Shown here: piece by piece, positions 12,480-24,319 of the stretch
Layout of the letters: each line of letters begins with the position of its first letter
Numbering within the stretch: the first letter of the stretch is position 1
DNA from: Ylistrum balloti
Lineage: Eukaryota
Reading direction: 5' to 3'
NCBI RefSeq assembly: GCF_031769215.1
Contig: NW_026782626.1
Coordinates: forward strand, 124,001 to 188,000
Length of the DNA: 64,000 nt
Made by a program: the position numbers and the translations under genes
The notes under the pieces: model-generated
What the model was told of the DNA's origin: nothing
The model's database searches: none
The model's input: only the letters and a program-made list of their open reading frames with translations

Positions 12480-13030
12480 ATATAGCACAACATGAAAATA
12501 ACAAACTCAACAAAACTGGTGCAAAATTCGAACAAGAGATAAATTTAAGCGAAGCTTCCTGCAAAACGTACCAGGAGAATAACACCGGGTGTTCCGAAAG
12601 AGTAAGCATTTTCTGCTTCACTGACGACATCCGCCATGTAAATCTTGGTAATGTCACGTTATCAAATAAGAATAAAGAATACAACAACAAACACGTCCAG
12701 CTTTATATCGCACAAAGAAATAGAATATTTCTCAATGATATCACTTTGACGACCAGAAAACGTCCCCATAAATTCCATCAACCTCAATCTTTTGAACCCT
12801 GTGTACCGATTTTGGGCATCAGTCGACGACCTCTAGCAAGCAAATCGTGATAATGGGAAGAGGCCCTTGAATATCGAATTAACGGCGACATGTAAACACT
12901 ATAGGTTGGGGATGAAAGATGTTACTACCGAGAAATAAAAAATTAACGTAAGGCAAATTAAAATCGTCACGTTTGTCGGAAAATCGTACATTGTGGTTTC
13001 ACTGTAGAAAAAGATCGAGATAAGCGGCTG
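12480..13030 (-). mobile_element. Penelope-like retroelement 3' remnant (RT C-terminus plus tail), probably Naiad-type
   Basis: Frameshifted translation SDKRDDFNLPYVNFLFLGSNI..SPTYSVYMSPLIRYSRASSHYHDLLARGRRL, followed by the common bivalve tail ggcggatgtc..gcagaaaatgcttactctttcggaacacccgg. Confidence 0.6.
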
Positions 13031-13799
13031 ATGTAGAAGAGTTGTTGCCTTGATTTCCGATAATGGTAGGTATACGCAATGGAATTGGTTAATACATCTC
13101 TTTCGTCACAACTTGTATATCCCTGAATTAACACTTGTTAAGTATTGATTTACACTTTATTTATCTTTTTGTAAATTGTATCATATATTTATTCGATAAT
13201 GTCACATAACTATAAATACATTTCTTAAATTGTGTATTTCTTGTCTTGCATTGACTTGAAATTAACAGATTTCGGTCATTTTACTGCTTAAAACGACTAA
13301 ACATTATACAACAATTTTATATCAAAGGCTAAGATTTTTCGCGATCCCGACGACTCCGAGTAAACCAGATTTGAACGAAATAAATATTCTAAAACAATGA
13401 TTGATTGAAAAGAATGATCTAAATTAGAAGACAACATACCATTCGTATGACAAAAGTTGATCTTGCTTTTCTAAGTTCCCTTTGTCAGCTGTAGAAATCT
13501 GGACAAAACAATGACCTAATCAATGGATTTGGATTAAGGATCGTTTTTACATACAAGTATCGATAAACTAAAATTAAAAACTGATTCCAGTATTTCAAGT
13601 TTTAAATGTGTTTGTATTCATACATACTTCAAATATATCTACGATGAAGACACCTCTTGCAACATAAATACACTAGTATCAAATCGGTTATTTACATCAT
13701 TGCTATTACTAATTTATTTTTCACTTTTTAGATTTCATTAAAATGTTTGTTGAAAATATAGATTTATTTAGATTGTCACTGAGTATATATTGTTAAACG

Positions 13800-14220
13800 A
13801 AAGGAAAAACCTAAGAATGTCATTGGAATCATAAACACAACTCCAAATCGAATTAAGGACAAAATACCAATAAAAGAAAGATATAAAGAGAGAACCATCT
13901 GCAGAATACAAGTAGAAGAATAAGACCATATTTTCCCTAATGGTATGCATATTCTGCTGCGTCGATAATACCCCAGTACGAAGCTTGGTTAATCCCAGTT
14001 GGCAATGTAACGTTCAAAGGAGAACATTGAACATTATCTACCTTTATATCGCACAAGAAAATAAATGTTCCCCAGCAAGATCATGGAAATAACCAGAAAT
14101 ATGTCTAAGCATTGTTTACGAAAAAAGCATAACTCGAAACACACACGTTTATATGTCAGCGGTCGAAATTTTCCGCGAAAATACTACAAAGTCATTGCAT
14201 ATAAATTTCAATAGGCGATC
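13800..14220 (-). mobile_element. Second, more diverged copy of the same Penelope-like 3' end
   Basis: Collinear similarity to 12560-12780 (tttctggt..gtgcgatataaag; aacgt.acatt.ccaa; gcagaa.atgc.tac). Confidence 0.5.
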
Positions 14221-14239
14221 AACTTTAGTCTTTACTTAC

Positions 14240-14259
14240 GCTATATTGTTTAATATGTC
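14240..14259 (-). CDS. Candidate 20-nt micro-exon (DILNNIA) linking SH3 to SH2
   Basis: taacAG acceptor and GTAAGT donor; the only phase 0 to 2 piece found between 14343 and 11682. An alternative 42-nt version (14240-14281) is out of phase. Confidence 0.35.
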
Positions 14260-14342
14260 CTGTTAAGACATCTTTTCTGCTCTTGAAAATAATATATAAA
14301 GTACGTACCAACTCCAGAGCATGGGTTTTAGTATCATTTTAC

Positions 14343-14399
14343 CTTTTTTCCCGTAACCATTTCCTGAGGGAACCATCCTTTAGAATCCCCAATCTGGCC
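14343..14399 (-). CDS. SH3 domain second exon (GQIGDSKGWFPQEMVTGKK)
   Basis: Completes WWK|GQIG..GWFP; 57 nt, phase 0 to 0, AG/GT ends. Confidence 0.8.
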
Positions 14400-16269
14400 C
14401 TTTGTAAAGATAATGGTATTTTGTTATAATATTTAGGTCAAGCTAAATGGATTGAACGAAAGAAAAAGGTATGTTCATTCCTTATTCCTTATTGACAATA
14501 CTTGCGTGATAAGAATAAATGGCAAGCGATCTTCTACCTGATAAATCTCCTTTATTATGCATGATGACAAAAGTGTAAAATGAAATTCAAATAAGGATCG
14601 GGAGCGAGAGGGTAGGGAGAGGGGAGGGGGTGAGAAGAGGCAGGAAAGCAACGTATGTGTATAATATATAATTGTGTTTTTAAGCTATGAAAAAAGCTTA
14701 TATTACGAAACGGGATGTTAACAAATCAAGCATGAAAGTTTGTTATAACGGAAGAGATCGGCGAAGTTTCCTGCGACTAATTTGTATTTCTCAGCTTGAA
14801 TTTTATAGCAAGATCAAACTGGCACTTGATACTTAGATTCTTAGAAATAGAAATTCACGAATTCTCGTCACAGGTACAAAGGGAAAGGACTGACGACGTT
14901 ACCAAGCTGGAGAGTTTCGACGTCGAATAACACAGCCTTCCAGGGTAGCCTTCCAGTGTTAAGACAATTTACTAGTTGTTAAGTCGTTTTATTTAAATCA
15001 TGTCAACACCAAATCGTCCCCGAAACGACCGTCGTAAACATTGCACAATCGATACCGTTACCACATAAGAGTCGAAAAGTTCATTATTTGGGTGTTATGT
15101 GTCTGTCCAAATATTCCACAACATTATGAAAATCTGCCATATGAAAGTCCCTACGCACTTGATCTTTATCGCGACGTCACCATACCGTAATCAACGCCGT
15201 TACTGGACTGGCGTTTTACCTTACAACAATACGTCACTGTTGTGGCGGCGGAATTGTAATAGTTTGTGTCGTGCCAGACGTGATGTGGTAAATAGCTGTT
15301 CAACCGGCATTCGATATTCGGACGACGACCAGTGTTTTTACCGTTTTTATAGACATTCCTAAAACGGAATAACATACAGGTGCAAGTGTTAGATTGGGCA
15401 TACGAATCACTTGATTTGTCACCAGCTGATTGTGCCTGTTGCGTTCTTTGGTAACGCGAGTGAGAACAGCAAAATTAACCGTCGGTCTTGCGGAAGCTGG
15501 CCCAAGCCTTGAAGGATGAACAAGAACAACATGTCTCCCAGACAAGTTCACAAACGACGGTCATAATGGTAATGAGTTCTGATAATAAATAGTTAATTTA
15601 AGGAGGATAAATTACTTAGTACTGCAAGCTATAGACTAATATACATTCCTTCATTCCTTCATTAATTTCATTCATTCATTCTGTCTCAGTAATAATTGAT
15701 GCACTCATTAATATTTTGCAACACAATTATTCACATAATTCACTTATCAATCAATACATTTAATCAGTCATTTATATGATAAGTTACACTAACCCTCTCA
15801 TTCTATTAACTATATTTACTTCTAGATAAATCAAGAAAGAACGTACGTACAGCATCCTGTACCATCTTATTCTAATGTTAACTGTTTGAAAAAACCTCGG
15901 GTTAAACCATTTTTATTTAAGTCGGACATCAAAAAAATTGTTCAATCTTCTTTGTTAGAATCATAAAAATTCATTTTTGTTGTTGTTGAGTATACATTGA
16001 AGTACACGTATGTATGTAAGCACGTCGCATCATCAGTAATAAACAAATGTCTTGCTATGACAGTCAGACGTTAAACTGGAACAGCTTTCCTAATTATATC
16101 GTGTTTAAAATTGGATTCGTAGCTTGATTTGTTCGAGTCTTTAAAACCCCAAATTAAAAACACGAAACTGTGTTGTGTTGGTAAAATGTTAAGAAACGCC
16201 TTTTAAAACTGAACTGGTTTCAAACAAGCCCCATGCATAAGTTTCCTTTCTTATACTTCACATTATTAC

Positions 16270-16397
16270 CTTCCACCAATGAGAATCATGTGATGAACCA
16301 AAGTCATCGACTTTGATGGTTTCGCCCGTTCGGAAGGTCAGGGGTTTCTTTCCTTTCCATGGCACAGGTTTACCATCATATCCGGAACAAGCAACAT
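16270..16397 (-). CDS. SH3 domain first exon (YVACSGYDGKPVPWKGKKPLTFRTGETIKVDDFGSSHDSHWWK)
   Basis: SH3 pattern YVA..YD...L.F..G..I.V...WW; tttcAG acceptor, GTAATA donor, phase 1 to 0. Not in the supplied ORF track. Confidence 0.82.
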
Positions 16398-16797
16398 CTG
16401 AAAATTCGATTACTCTAGTTTTTGTTTTATATCACAATGCAATTACTCGTATCGCGCAATGAGTTTTGGATTTCTAATAGATAACTAATATAATTCGATA
16501 AAATGACAAAAATGATCAAAAGACACAATATCATCAATAGTCAGGAATGCTAATTTTAGTGTTTTGATATATAAATTAGTTTTAATGATATTCACATAAT
16601 TGATAAAAAGACTTTCCATCGTTTTCGTTCTAACATGGAATTTATCGGTTATGTAAGGACAATATGAAGTTTATATGCGGAACTTCTATGACAAATTAAA
16701 ACAAGTGAAATCCAAAATACTGTTCAACAGTACAAACAAGTTTAAAGGTCGCGTTACATCATTTTTTTATGTAAAATTTTGACAACAGAAGACTTAC

Positions 16798-17100
16798 ATG
16801 TATCGCTAACAAGGAGACATGTTTTGTTGCTCTCTGCCTTTCCATTGTCGTTCCATGCCACGCATATGTAAATGCCTGCATCTTCACCCGCAACATTTGT
16901 TATCGAGAGTGTTGGAGTACTAATAGACCCGCCAATATACTTGTTGTTGTCAATCTGCACATCAGTGTTTTTTCCATGTATCATTCTTTTCCATTGAACA
17001 CCGATAACTTCAGGCGATGCCGTTATTTCACATCGTAGCACAGCGTCATAACCTTTCAGCACAGACATCTGTCCTAAAGATATGCTCACATGCGGTAAAC
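16798..17100 (-). CDS. Immunoglobulin (I-set-like) domain exon 3
   Basis: LRCEIT...W...TLSITNV..EDAGIYICVAWN gives the canonical Cys-Trp-DxGxYxC; phase 1 to 1, 303 nt. Confidence 0.92.
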
Positions 17101-17249
17101 CTGAAACAGCAGTTTGATTCCACAACATGAATCATTAAATATATTTATAGTCTTGTAGTCTTGTGCCATATAAAGGGGGACGTGTTTGATGCCCGTTAGT
17201 TTGCTTGTTGGTTCCGTTACTGTATATCTTACACCGTATATATAAATTG

Positions 17250-17400
17250 AACAAGGTTCACATGACGGGTGTCGTAGATAAAGCTTCCGGAACGCCCTAT
17301 TCTTATTGTACTTTTACTGGAGTCTCCTTTCTTTTGTTATAATTTGCTCTAGTTTTACTGGATTTGATTTTGGATTATGTTTAAGTTGACATGTTTGTAT
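17250..17400 (+). mobile_element. Short, internally deleted tail fragment of the same Penelope-like family
   Basis: atgacgggtgtcgt...cttccggaacgccc matches the tail at ~12590-12630 in the opposite orientation. Confidence 0.35.
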
Positions 17401-18257
17401 TTTCTTGTTGTTTTTGTTAGTATTGTGAATTAACATAGTCAAGGGGTCTGCATCATGCCTCAAAACCAGTAAGTCTGAAGGGTAGGGAAGTTACGACATG
17501 GAATACACGGCTTCGGCAAGAAACAATATAGGTAAAACTAAAGCGAATTTCAATAACGACCCGAAGCTTATGACGATTTCTGTCCGGCAAATGCAAGATA
17601 AATTGTTGGAAAATGTAACACGAGTGTTGTATGAAACCTGTTAGTAATACGTTATTGTTTTCTTCTTGAACATGGAAAGCACGAAACGTGCAAGTAATGA
17701 GCTGTAAAGCGTGGCGTTATCGCGAAGCTGTTGATATGGACATATTCTGGCCTTATAGCATGTGCTTATATTTTGATGTGTGTCTACTGTGCCTTTCATG
17801 GTTGATGTTTGATGCGTAAACTCTTGAGTTGAACTCATTTTTCTATAGAAGTATCGACAACGAAATATATATATATATATAAAAACCACCCGCACACACA
17901 CAATTTGGACGTTAGCCAGATATACATTTGTATACAGACCCTATATGGGAACAACTTTTCCAAATGGTGCTAGGAAGAGCCACCAAACAACTGTTATTTT
18001 CCTTCCGACTGTTTCTTTGAAATATAAAAAAATAAAATGCAGCCGATAGCAAAAGGCACAAATTTGAACACTCGCCTGGTTCCTGGTTCATATATGTTTG
18101 TACAAAGGGTTGTATTGATGAACTGAACACGAAAACTCGTCTCGTCGGATGGACAAAGCCCAATTCAATGTAACCAACAATTGCATTAAGCATGGAATTA
18201 AATAAAAGTATGAAATTATTATCGAGGATAATTCCGCAAAAACCATAGCAATCATAC

Positions 18258-18440
18258 CTGTAGACTCGCCGGTCAACACATTGCAGCTTACACTGACAGG
18301 TAAAGGGTTGCTGTATGTATCTGTCAGTTTAGTGTTTCCGATCGACACCATATTTTTGAATCGCGCTGCAACATATGACGATGATTCCTCTATCCTTGAC
18401 GATGTTCCTTTTATTTCAATTGAGCTGTTGCCATTCAAAC
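18258..18440 (-). CDS. Ser/Thr-rich linker exon preceding Ig3 (GLNGNSSIEIKG...VLTGEST)
   Basis: ttttacAG acceptor, GTATGA donor, 183 nt, phase 1 to 1, open, in phase with the Ig3 exon. Confidence 0.6.
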
Positions 18441-18579
18441 CTGTAAAATCAGACAGTATAACAATGAGTGCCCAAGTTAACGTAACAAAAAGGACAGTGC
18501 ACGGAACATTTAGGGTCATTAATATGTTTTATCTAATTTGTATGTATACATATTGATTTGTCTGAATTACGAAGTGAGT

Positions 18580-19750
18580 ACAAGCTTGCAGTGGCACATT
18601 CTGAAATAACTAAGGCAAACCAGAAAGCCAACTATGATAGAAATGCTCGTGAGGCCGTGCTGAATGTAGGAGATCGAGTGCTCGTTTAGATCGTCAGGTT
18701 CGGTTGACAATATGAGTTGTCCAACAGATGGGAAGAGGAGCCATACCTTGTAATTGACCAACTGCGTGCTGGAATTCCTACATATGTGGGAAGGAAGGAG
18801 AGCGGTGAAGGAAAGGCTAGAACTTTATATAGAAACCTTCTTTTACCCATTGGACACATACACGTCATGAAAATAGACTCAACTACACCCATACCATCAA
18901 GTACCAACTCCGAGACTGAGAGGGAAGAGTGTGACTAGTAAGGTACCTACGTGTGACGAAGGGTCCACCTCTTCATCTTCAAAGGGGGAGGAAGTGATTG
19001 TGGTTGAAAATGATGTTAGACACATTATCGTATCTGGATCATCCACTATCACTGATCCTAAATATTGGGCTGGTACGGAAACAGAAACAGAAACGGAGCA
19101 ACGGGAACCAGATGTTTTAGAAGAGCCAGAACCTGACAGACAGGAAACCCCTATTGCACCTAAGAGGTTGCAGCGGACTAGGGTGAAACCTGCATGGGTG
19201 CGTGGCAACCCATTTACATGAGACAACAGACGAGTGGAAAGTGCGTGTAAAATTCCTTTCAGAGTTGGTAGAGGGTGGGGCTCTGATCGAGAAGGAAGTT
19301 TTCATGACACTTCTAAACATTATATCTGGTAAAACTTGAGTTGATATCCATTTACAGTATATTTTGCAAGAAATATCACTGGGACACTCTACCTAAGGGA
19401 CCAAAATACTTTATACCGGAAAATGTTCTCCCAGGTTTTAGTCCATGAACAAGGAGGGGTGAAAATTTGTGTCACTATTTCAGGTCTCAAACTAAAGTCG
19501 GATATTTTTGTGCACAGGAAGTGCAATCTTGTTCACATGATTGTTTAAAAAATCAGAGGTTGGTGAAATTTAGTAGGAAGCCAGACACGAATATATGATG
19601 AAAAAAATGATTTATTCGTAATTTGGTCTGTTTATTTACAAATGGGTACACAGTTCTTACATAATTCGTGTGTCTTACTTGGAGGTGTGTCACTGACTGA
19701 ACTTAAGCCGCCAAAACATACATATAAGGGAATATAGCAATACTCACTTA
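18580..19750 (+). mobile_element. Gypsy LTR retrotransposon 3' remnant (integrase C-terminus, acidic tail, probable 3' LTR)
   Basis: QKANYDRNAREAVLNVGDRVLV, RWEEEPYLV, RTLYRNLLLPIG and RLQRTRVKPAW are typical Gypsy pol C-terminal motifs; stops present. Confidence 0.75.
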
Positions 19751-20960
19751 TGACACTATGAACAACGTCACAGGGTATCTCTCCTAAAGCAACTTAATGC
19801 TCAAAACAACCACAATGACCACTATATACAGTATATACCAGACCTGGGTTTTATCTCCCATACATAAAACAACACTAAATCAAGGCACCCTACACAGCTG
19901 CTTGCTGTCAATATACTGTCGCCGATCACCGTGTAGTGTCTAGCAATGCCAAGGGTACTCACAACCTAATCGTTGCAGCGATACCCGAACTCATTGACAA
20001 CGGTTTAATACGAGCTATACACTACTCGTAACACCGATCTATCAGCTAATGACACAGATCAAGGTAAGGCTTATTCAGTCACTTCTATCTTTCTGTGTAA
20101 AACCTATCAAATTATAATAACGATGTAACCAGCTATAAGAGAATGACACTCTCGTTTACCATCACCTCCTATAATACCCAGGAGGGAAACAGCTACCTCT
20201 AGTGGCGACTTGAAAAACTAATCATCGCAGGTCTTTAATATAGGCATAACTAACCAAAATACTTATTTGATAAGATTTGGAAGTGTATAAGTTGTACTAT
20301 TAACTGTTTATGCCATATGATGACATAACGAAATGTTAAAGAATACGTGCTTATCGCTTCACTAGAGTCAAACACAGAGCATGTCAACAGGTCAACTAAA
20401 TATATTCCACACAGATCAGGTGTCTGGCGTTTGTTACACCGCTACATAAAAGTGTGCCAAATGCATTGTGTGGTGGCTGTTGTCTGTGGAATGTTCTGTT
20501 CATATTTTGACTCTGCTTGTTAATACATAAAATAAATATTGTGTCTACTTCATTTTTCAATGACAAAGGCCTGTTTTTGTACATGTTTGGGACCCTACTG
20601 CATCGAGCCGTAAATAAGTTGCCAGAGATTCACGAGGCCATTGGTCTCTTGTTTAGAATCCTCAGGGGTCCAAATGAAAATAAATCACTATATAATGACA
20701 CACGAGCGAAAATAGCCAGTGGCGAAACATCTCGGTATACTGTTATCACCGGATGTTTATTATTGACGCTTTTTGTGTTAAAAGTCATTTGTTTTATCCA
20801 TCATATTCTACTTAAGTTAAAAACTTTCATGCCAACTCATGAATATGAATAAAGTAATAATTGTAACACTCATATGACGAACATAAGATAAGACGTAAAC
20901 AATTTACATCGCATCGATGAAATTGCATTCTTTACACTTTAAAAAATCTAGTCAATTTAC

Positions 20961-21115
20961 ATCGTGAGTGATATCTTCAGTAAATTCCAGTCTATCCTCA
21001 TCGATTTGGCAACTATCCACCACGTGTTTTCTCAGATGCAATTTTATGTCTGGCGTCATATTAGTGCTGCTGTCTAAAGTTAAAGTGAGGTTAGCCGAAA
21101 CTTCATCCGGCATTC
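20961..21115 (-). CDS. Exon after the DED-like domain (GMPDEVSANLTLTLD...CQIDEDRLEFTEDITHD), domain unassigned
   Basis: atttcAG acceptor, GTAAAT donor, phase 1 to 0, open, in phase with the DED exon. Confidence 0.65.
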
Positions 21116-21959
21116 CTGAAATTAATATAAGACATAGAAAAAACAAGTGTTATGTGTCAAATGAAATTAGTATAAATGCAATATGCCCGATCAAGCAATG
21201 CTTTCTTTTCGGGAAAAAATAATGTATTGACTAATCATCATAACATCCCACTTGAAACCGATTTACTTTTAGTAATTAAATATTTTGAAACTCCTTTTTA
21301 AATTTCCTAGTGCTTTTTTCTCGTAAATGTTACCCTGCCATTTTGGCGTCAAGTTTAGGTGCGAATTTTATTGTCATCATGCAATAAAAGTTAACCGTAT
21401 TATGTCTTTTAAGTAACTGTACATTGTTAGGGCCCTGTGACACATGATACAATGGTTGGGGTGAAAAATTGATAGAAAAACACATATTCAAGACTTTGTG
21501 CTAGGTATGAAGTTTGGTACATGATTAACGTATTCATTAGATTTACACATACCCCCACACACAGGAATAAAGGAAATATGAATGCTTTGAAAGTCCCATG
21601 GAAATCATTCGTAAGGATTATGTAATATTGATAATTTCTGTAAACTGGAAAAACTCTCATATCAGCATACATTTGTTGCACAAAAAAGTTTGTTCTACAA
21701 TAAAGCTGTACCGATGTTTCATGTGATTTCGGGACTTAAACGTTATTTTCCCAAAGTTTAAACAGTTTTAAAGGGCAAATTCTTGATGACGTAAATGAAG
21801 CGACGGAGAAAACAAAAAGAAAAACAAAAGAGTAGTAAGAATTGACAGGTTAGAGGGTTTATCGTTTGAGCATGATCGTATAGAATCTTTGCAATGCTGA
21901 CGCTTTCAAATAGTTAAACGTCACAGACAACGAATTTCAATAAGACAATGGAAGAAAGC

Positions 21960-22190
21960 AGCCTAAAACATGAATTGGACAATGGATATCGGATATATCG
22001 ACAAAGTAACTTTGATCAATGTCCCTGTGTTACCAGATAGAGCAATTGCCATATTGATGGATGACCATAGCCAAACAGATATCGCACGGCAGTTTGGCGT
22101 TGCCCCGTGTACAATTAACCGTCTCTATACACGTTTCCATGCTATTGGATTAGTTAACGATCGTCAGATCTTCCCAGGTGTGGTCGTCCG
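21960..22190 (+). mobile_element. Tc1-family transposase N-terminal HTH remnant
   Basis: RAIAILMDDHSQTDIARQFGVAPCTINRLYTRFHAIGLVNDR matches the Tc1 paired-like HTH pattern. Confidence 0.6.
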
Positions 22191-22348
22191 AAATAAATAA
22201 GGCTACTTTTCATTTCTTTAAAATAAAATCATTCTGTATCCTCATGCGATATGAGGTTGAGAGTATTTGATGCTCGTAATTATTCCTGTTGGTAATGTTC
22301 TTGTTCAACGTGTTCTCATTTGGGAAAGTCATAATTTCTTTACCTTAC

Positions 22349-22696
22349 CTTGTGATTGAAGCTCCTGAATCTTCAACGATGCGTCCTGAATCAGTTCCGC
22401 TGGTCGGACATCAATTTCTTTAACAGCATTATATAATACCTCATACCTTCCTGTGCTAATGACTCCTTTCTTCATCAGATTGTCACAGAGGGTTTGCATA
22501 TCTATAACCTTCTTTCCAAAGAGTGAGACTCTATCAACATGTGGCTCAAGTAAAGTTTTGAGACTTGACCATGTGTTGTCTTGTTAATCTGGTGACAGAT
22601 AACCAGCCAAATCATTGATCATTTTGGAATGAATTTCTTTCACTTGTACTTTCAGTTTTGAAAATTCTTCTCTCTCTTCCACACACTCCTGTGTAT
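22349..22696 (-). pseudogene. Death-fold (DED-like) exon with in-frame TAA at 22584-22586
   Basis: HSKMINDLAGYLSPD*QDNTWSSLKTLL...QTLCDNLMKKGVISTGRYEVLYNAVKEIDVRPAELIQ; acAG acceptor, GTAAGG donor, phase 1 to 1, 348 nt. The DED call is by pattern recognition. Confidence 0.65.
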
Positions 22697-23244
22697 CTGT
22701 AATTGAAAAACTGGGTTAGTATAAACCGTACCTAATGACCGATTCTGATTCAAAAGACTTTTTCCCTGTCACATGAACTTCGATCTGTATTTAGATAAAA
22801 AGGCAGAACAAAATATAGATAAAAAAATAATAAAAACAATATGACGATTGCCATTTTCTGTGCGTTTGCTAGTGGTCATTTAGTTCTACGTTTCAATTCG
22901 TACACATTTACATATGAAAATCACAAAATTTATTGATAAATGTAGTTTGTGCAACTACCTATTTAGATTTTTACATTTCTTACGATTACGTTTAAACTTT
23001 CTCAATTGCCTCGTAAACTTCCACAGTTAGATCCTTAGCATTTCTGACGAGTCATAGCAGGACAAAACATCTGTATAATGCAGTATTTGTCATTGCTTTG
23101 CTCTTCTATATCTAACTGCATTTTATGGCAAAGGTGCTATTCCCTTTTGTGCCGTTTAACAAATGTGAAACGTGGCGATGCATTTTGAATACTCACAAAA
23201 CAAATAAAATTCATATTAGCAGGAACAATCATGAAAGGACTCAC

Positions 23245-23541
23245 CCGGCTTGTTTTTGGATTGTGTATCCGCAACATGAAGATTCACTTCACGACTGCTT
23301 CCTGTTCCGTATTCATTCTCCGCCTTGCACTGATAGCCACCCTCGTCTCTTGCTTTATTTGTGTCCATAATAAGCAAAGAGGGAGTACTGGTTCCAATAT
23401 ATTTCATATTATGGTCTTGTATTTGAACATTCCCCTTGTACCATGAAAGTCTTGTGACAGGATGTCTTGATTCGACTGTGCATTGCAAAGCAACAGTTCC
23501 GCCTTCTATAGAATGAAACTCGGGGGACAATGGTTTTACTT
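23245..23541 (-). CDS. Immunoglobulin domain exon 2
   Basis: LQCTVES...LSWYKG...DEGGYQCKAEN; tttcAG acceptor, GTGAGT donor, phase 1 to 1. Confidence 0.92.
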
Positions 23542-24016
23542 CTGAAACGTTTATTTTGACACAAAAATACGATGTTTAGACAAACGAAGAAAATATTTCA
23601 TGGTAACAGAATACACATGAGAAAACGAAGTTATGACCGATACGTAATTTCGACAACACAAATGGAAAAGGGAAATGTTTACTGGATATCGTTTTCAAAG
23701 ATCATGGAGATTATGACTAGTTGACATGAACATTAATTATCCTCTGCTCCGTCGGCCACATTCGCCCTGTTAATATGGTTAATGCTAGTATTGTCATTCT
23801 CTCCGTAAACAAAGAATGTACATGTAACGTAAAATAGATAAACGGGATAAGTACCCAGAACCCTCGTCATGGGATCTTTTTGTTTGTATTTATTTCTCTC
23901 CCTCCTTTCAGAAGTAACTTTTCATGTTGTATAGACATTGGAAAAGTAGTTAATAAATATTGGCTGAAAAATGTATCTAACCAATATTCACTCCATAAAT
24001 ATAAGATTATGCTTAC

Positions 24017-24319
24017 CAGGAATGTGTTTTTCTTTGTCAATCGAAATATTTAGATGCACTTCACTTTGTCCTGTTCCGTAAATATTCGCTGCCTCACAGT
24101 GATAGCTACCCTCATCATGACCTATTTCAGCGTTCTTAATAGCAAGTGATGGGGTATTACTTCCTCCATACTTTATATCGTCGTGTAGTATTTTAGTACT
24201 TCCTTTGTACCAGGATACGTTTGTTAAAGGGGGGTCCGAATTGACCGTACACTCCAGGGTGACCGTTTCGCCTTCCACAACAGAAACAATGCTGGACGTT
24301 GGTGTTACTGACGGTTTAT
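24017..24319 (-). CDS. Immunoglobulin domain exon 1
   Basis: LECTVNS...VSWYKG...DEGSYHCEAAN; ttttAG acceptor, GTAAGC donor, phase 1 to 1. Paralogous to Ig2. Confidence 0.92.

Larger units (their letters stand above)
10180..24319 (-). other. Multi-exon locus encoding Ig-Ig-DED-like-linker-Ig-SH3-SH2-ankyrin-like domains (5' half probably disabled; may be two genes)
   Basis: 11 well-bounded exons plus one candidate micro-exon, with GT-AG ends and matching intron phases except for one gap between 20961 and 18440. Confidence 0.7.

Noticed and set aside
14043-14106. Transmembrane-like exon (IFLVISMILLGNIYFLVRYKG) that would make the Ig protein a receptor
   Set aside because: The sequence is collinear with the Penelope-like remnant at 12700-12780, lies 3' of the SH3, and is out of phase with its neighbours.
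15060-15580. GC-richer exon-like segments with splice signals inside the SH3 intron
   Set aside because: Every frame hits stops, no domain was recognised, and including them would split the SH3; left unassigned.
20517-20852. 111-aa plus-strand ORF faintly resembling a LINE RT
   Set aside because: No diagnostic motif; the opposite strand is equally open and may be a decayed exon of the Ig locus.
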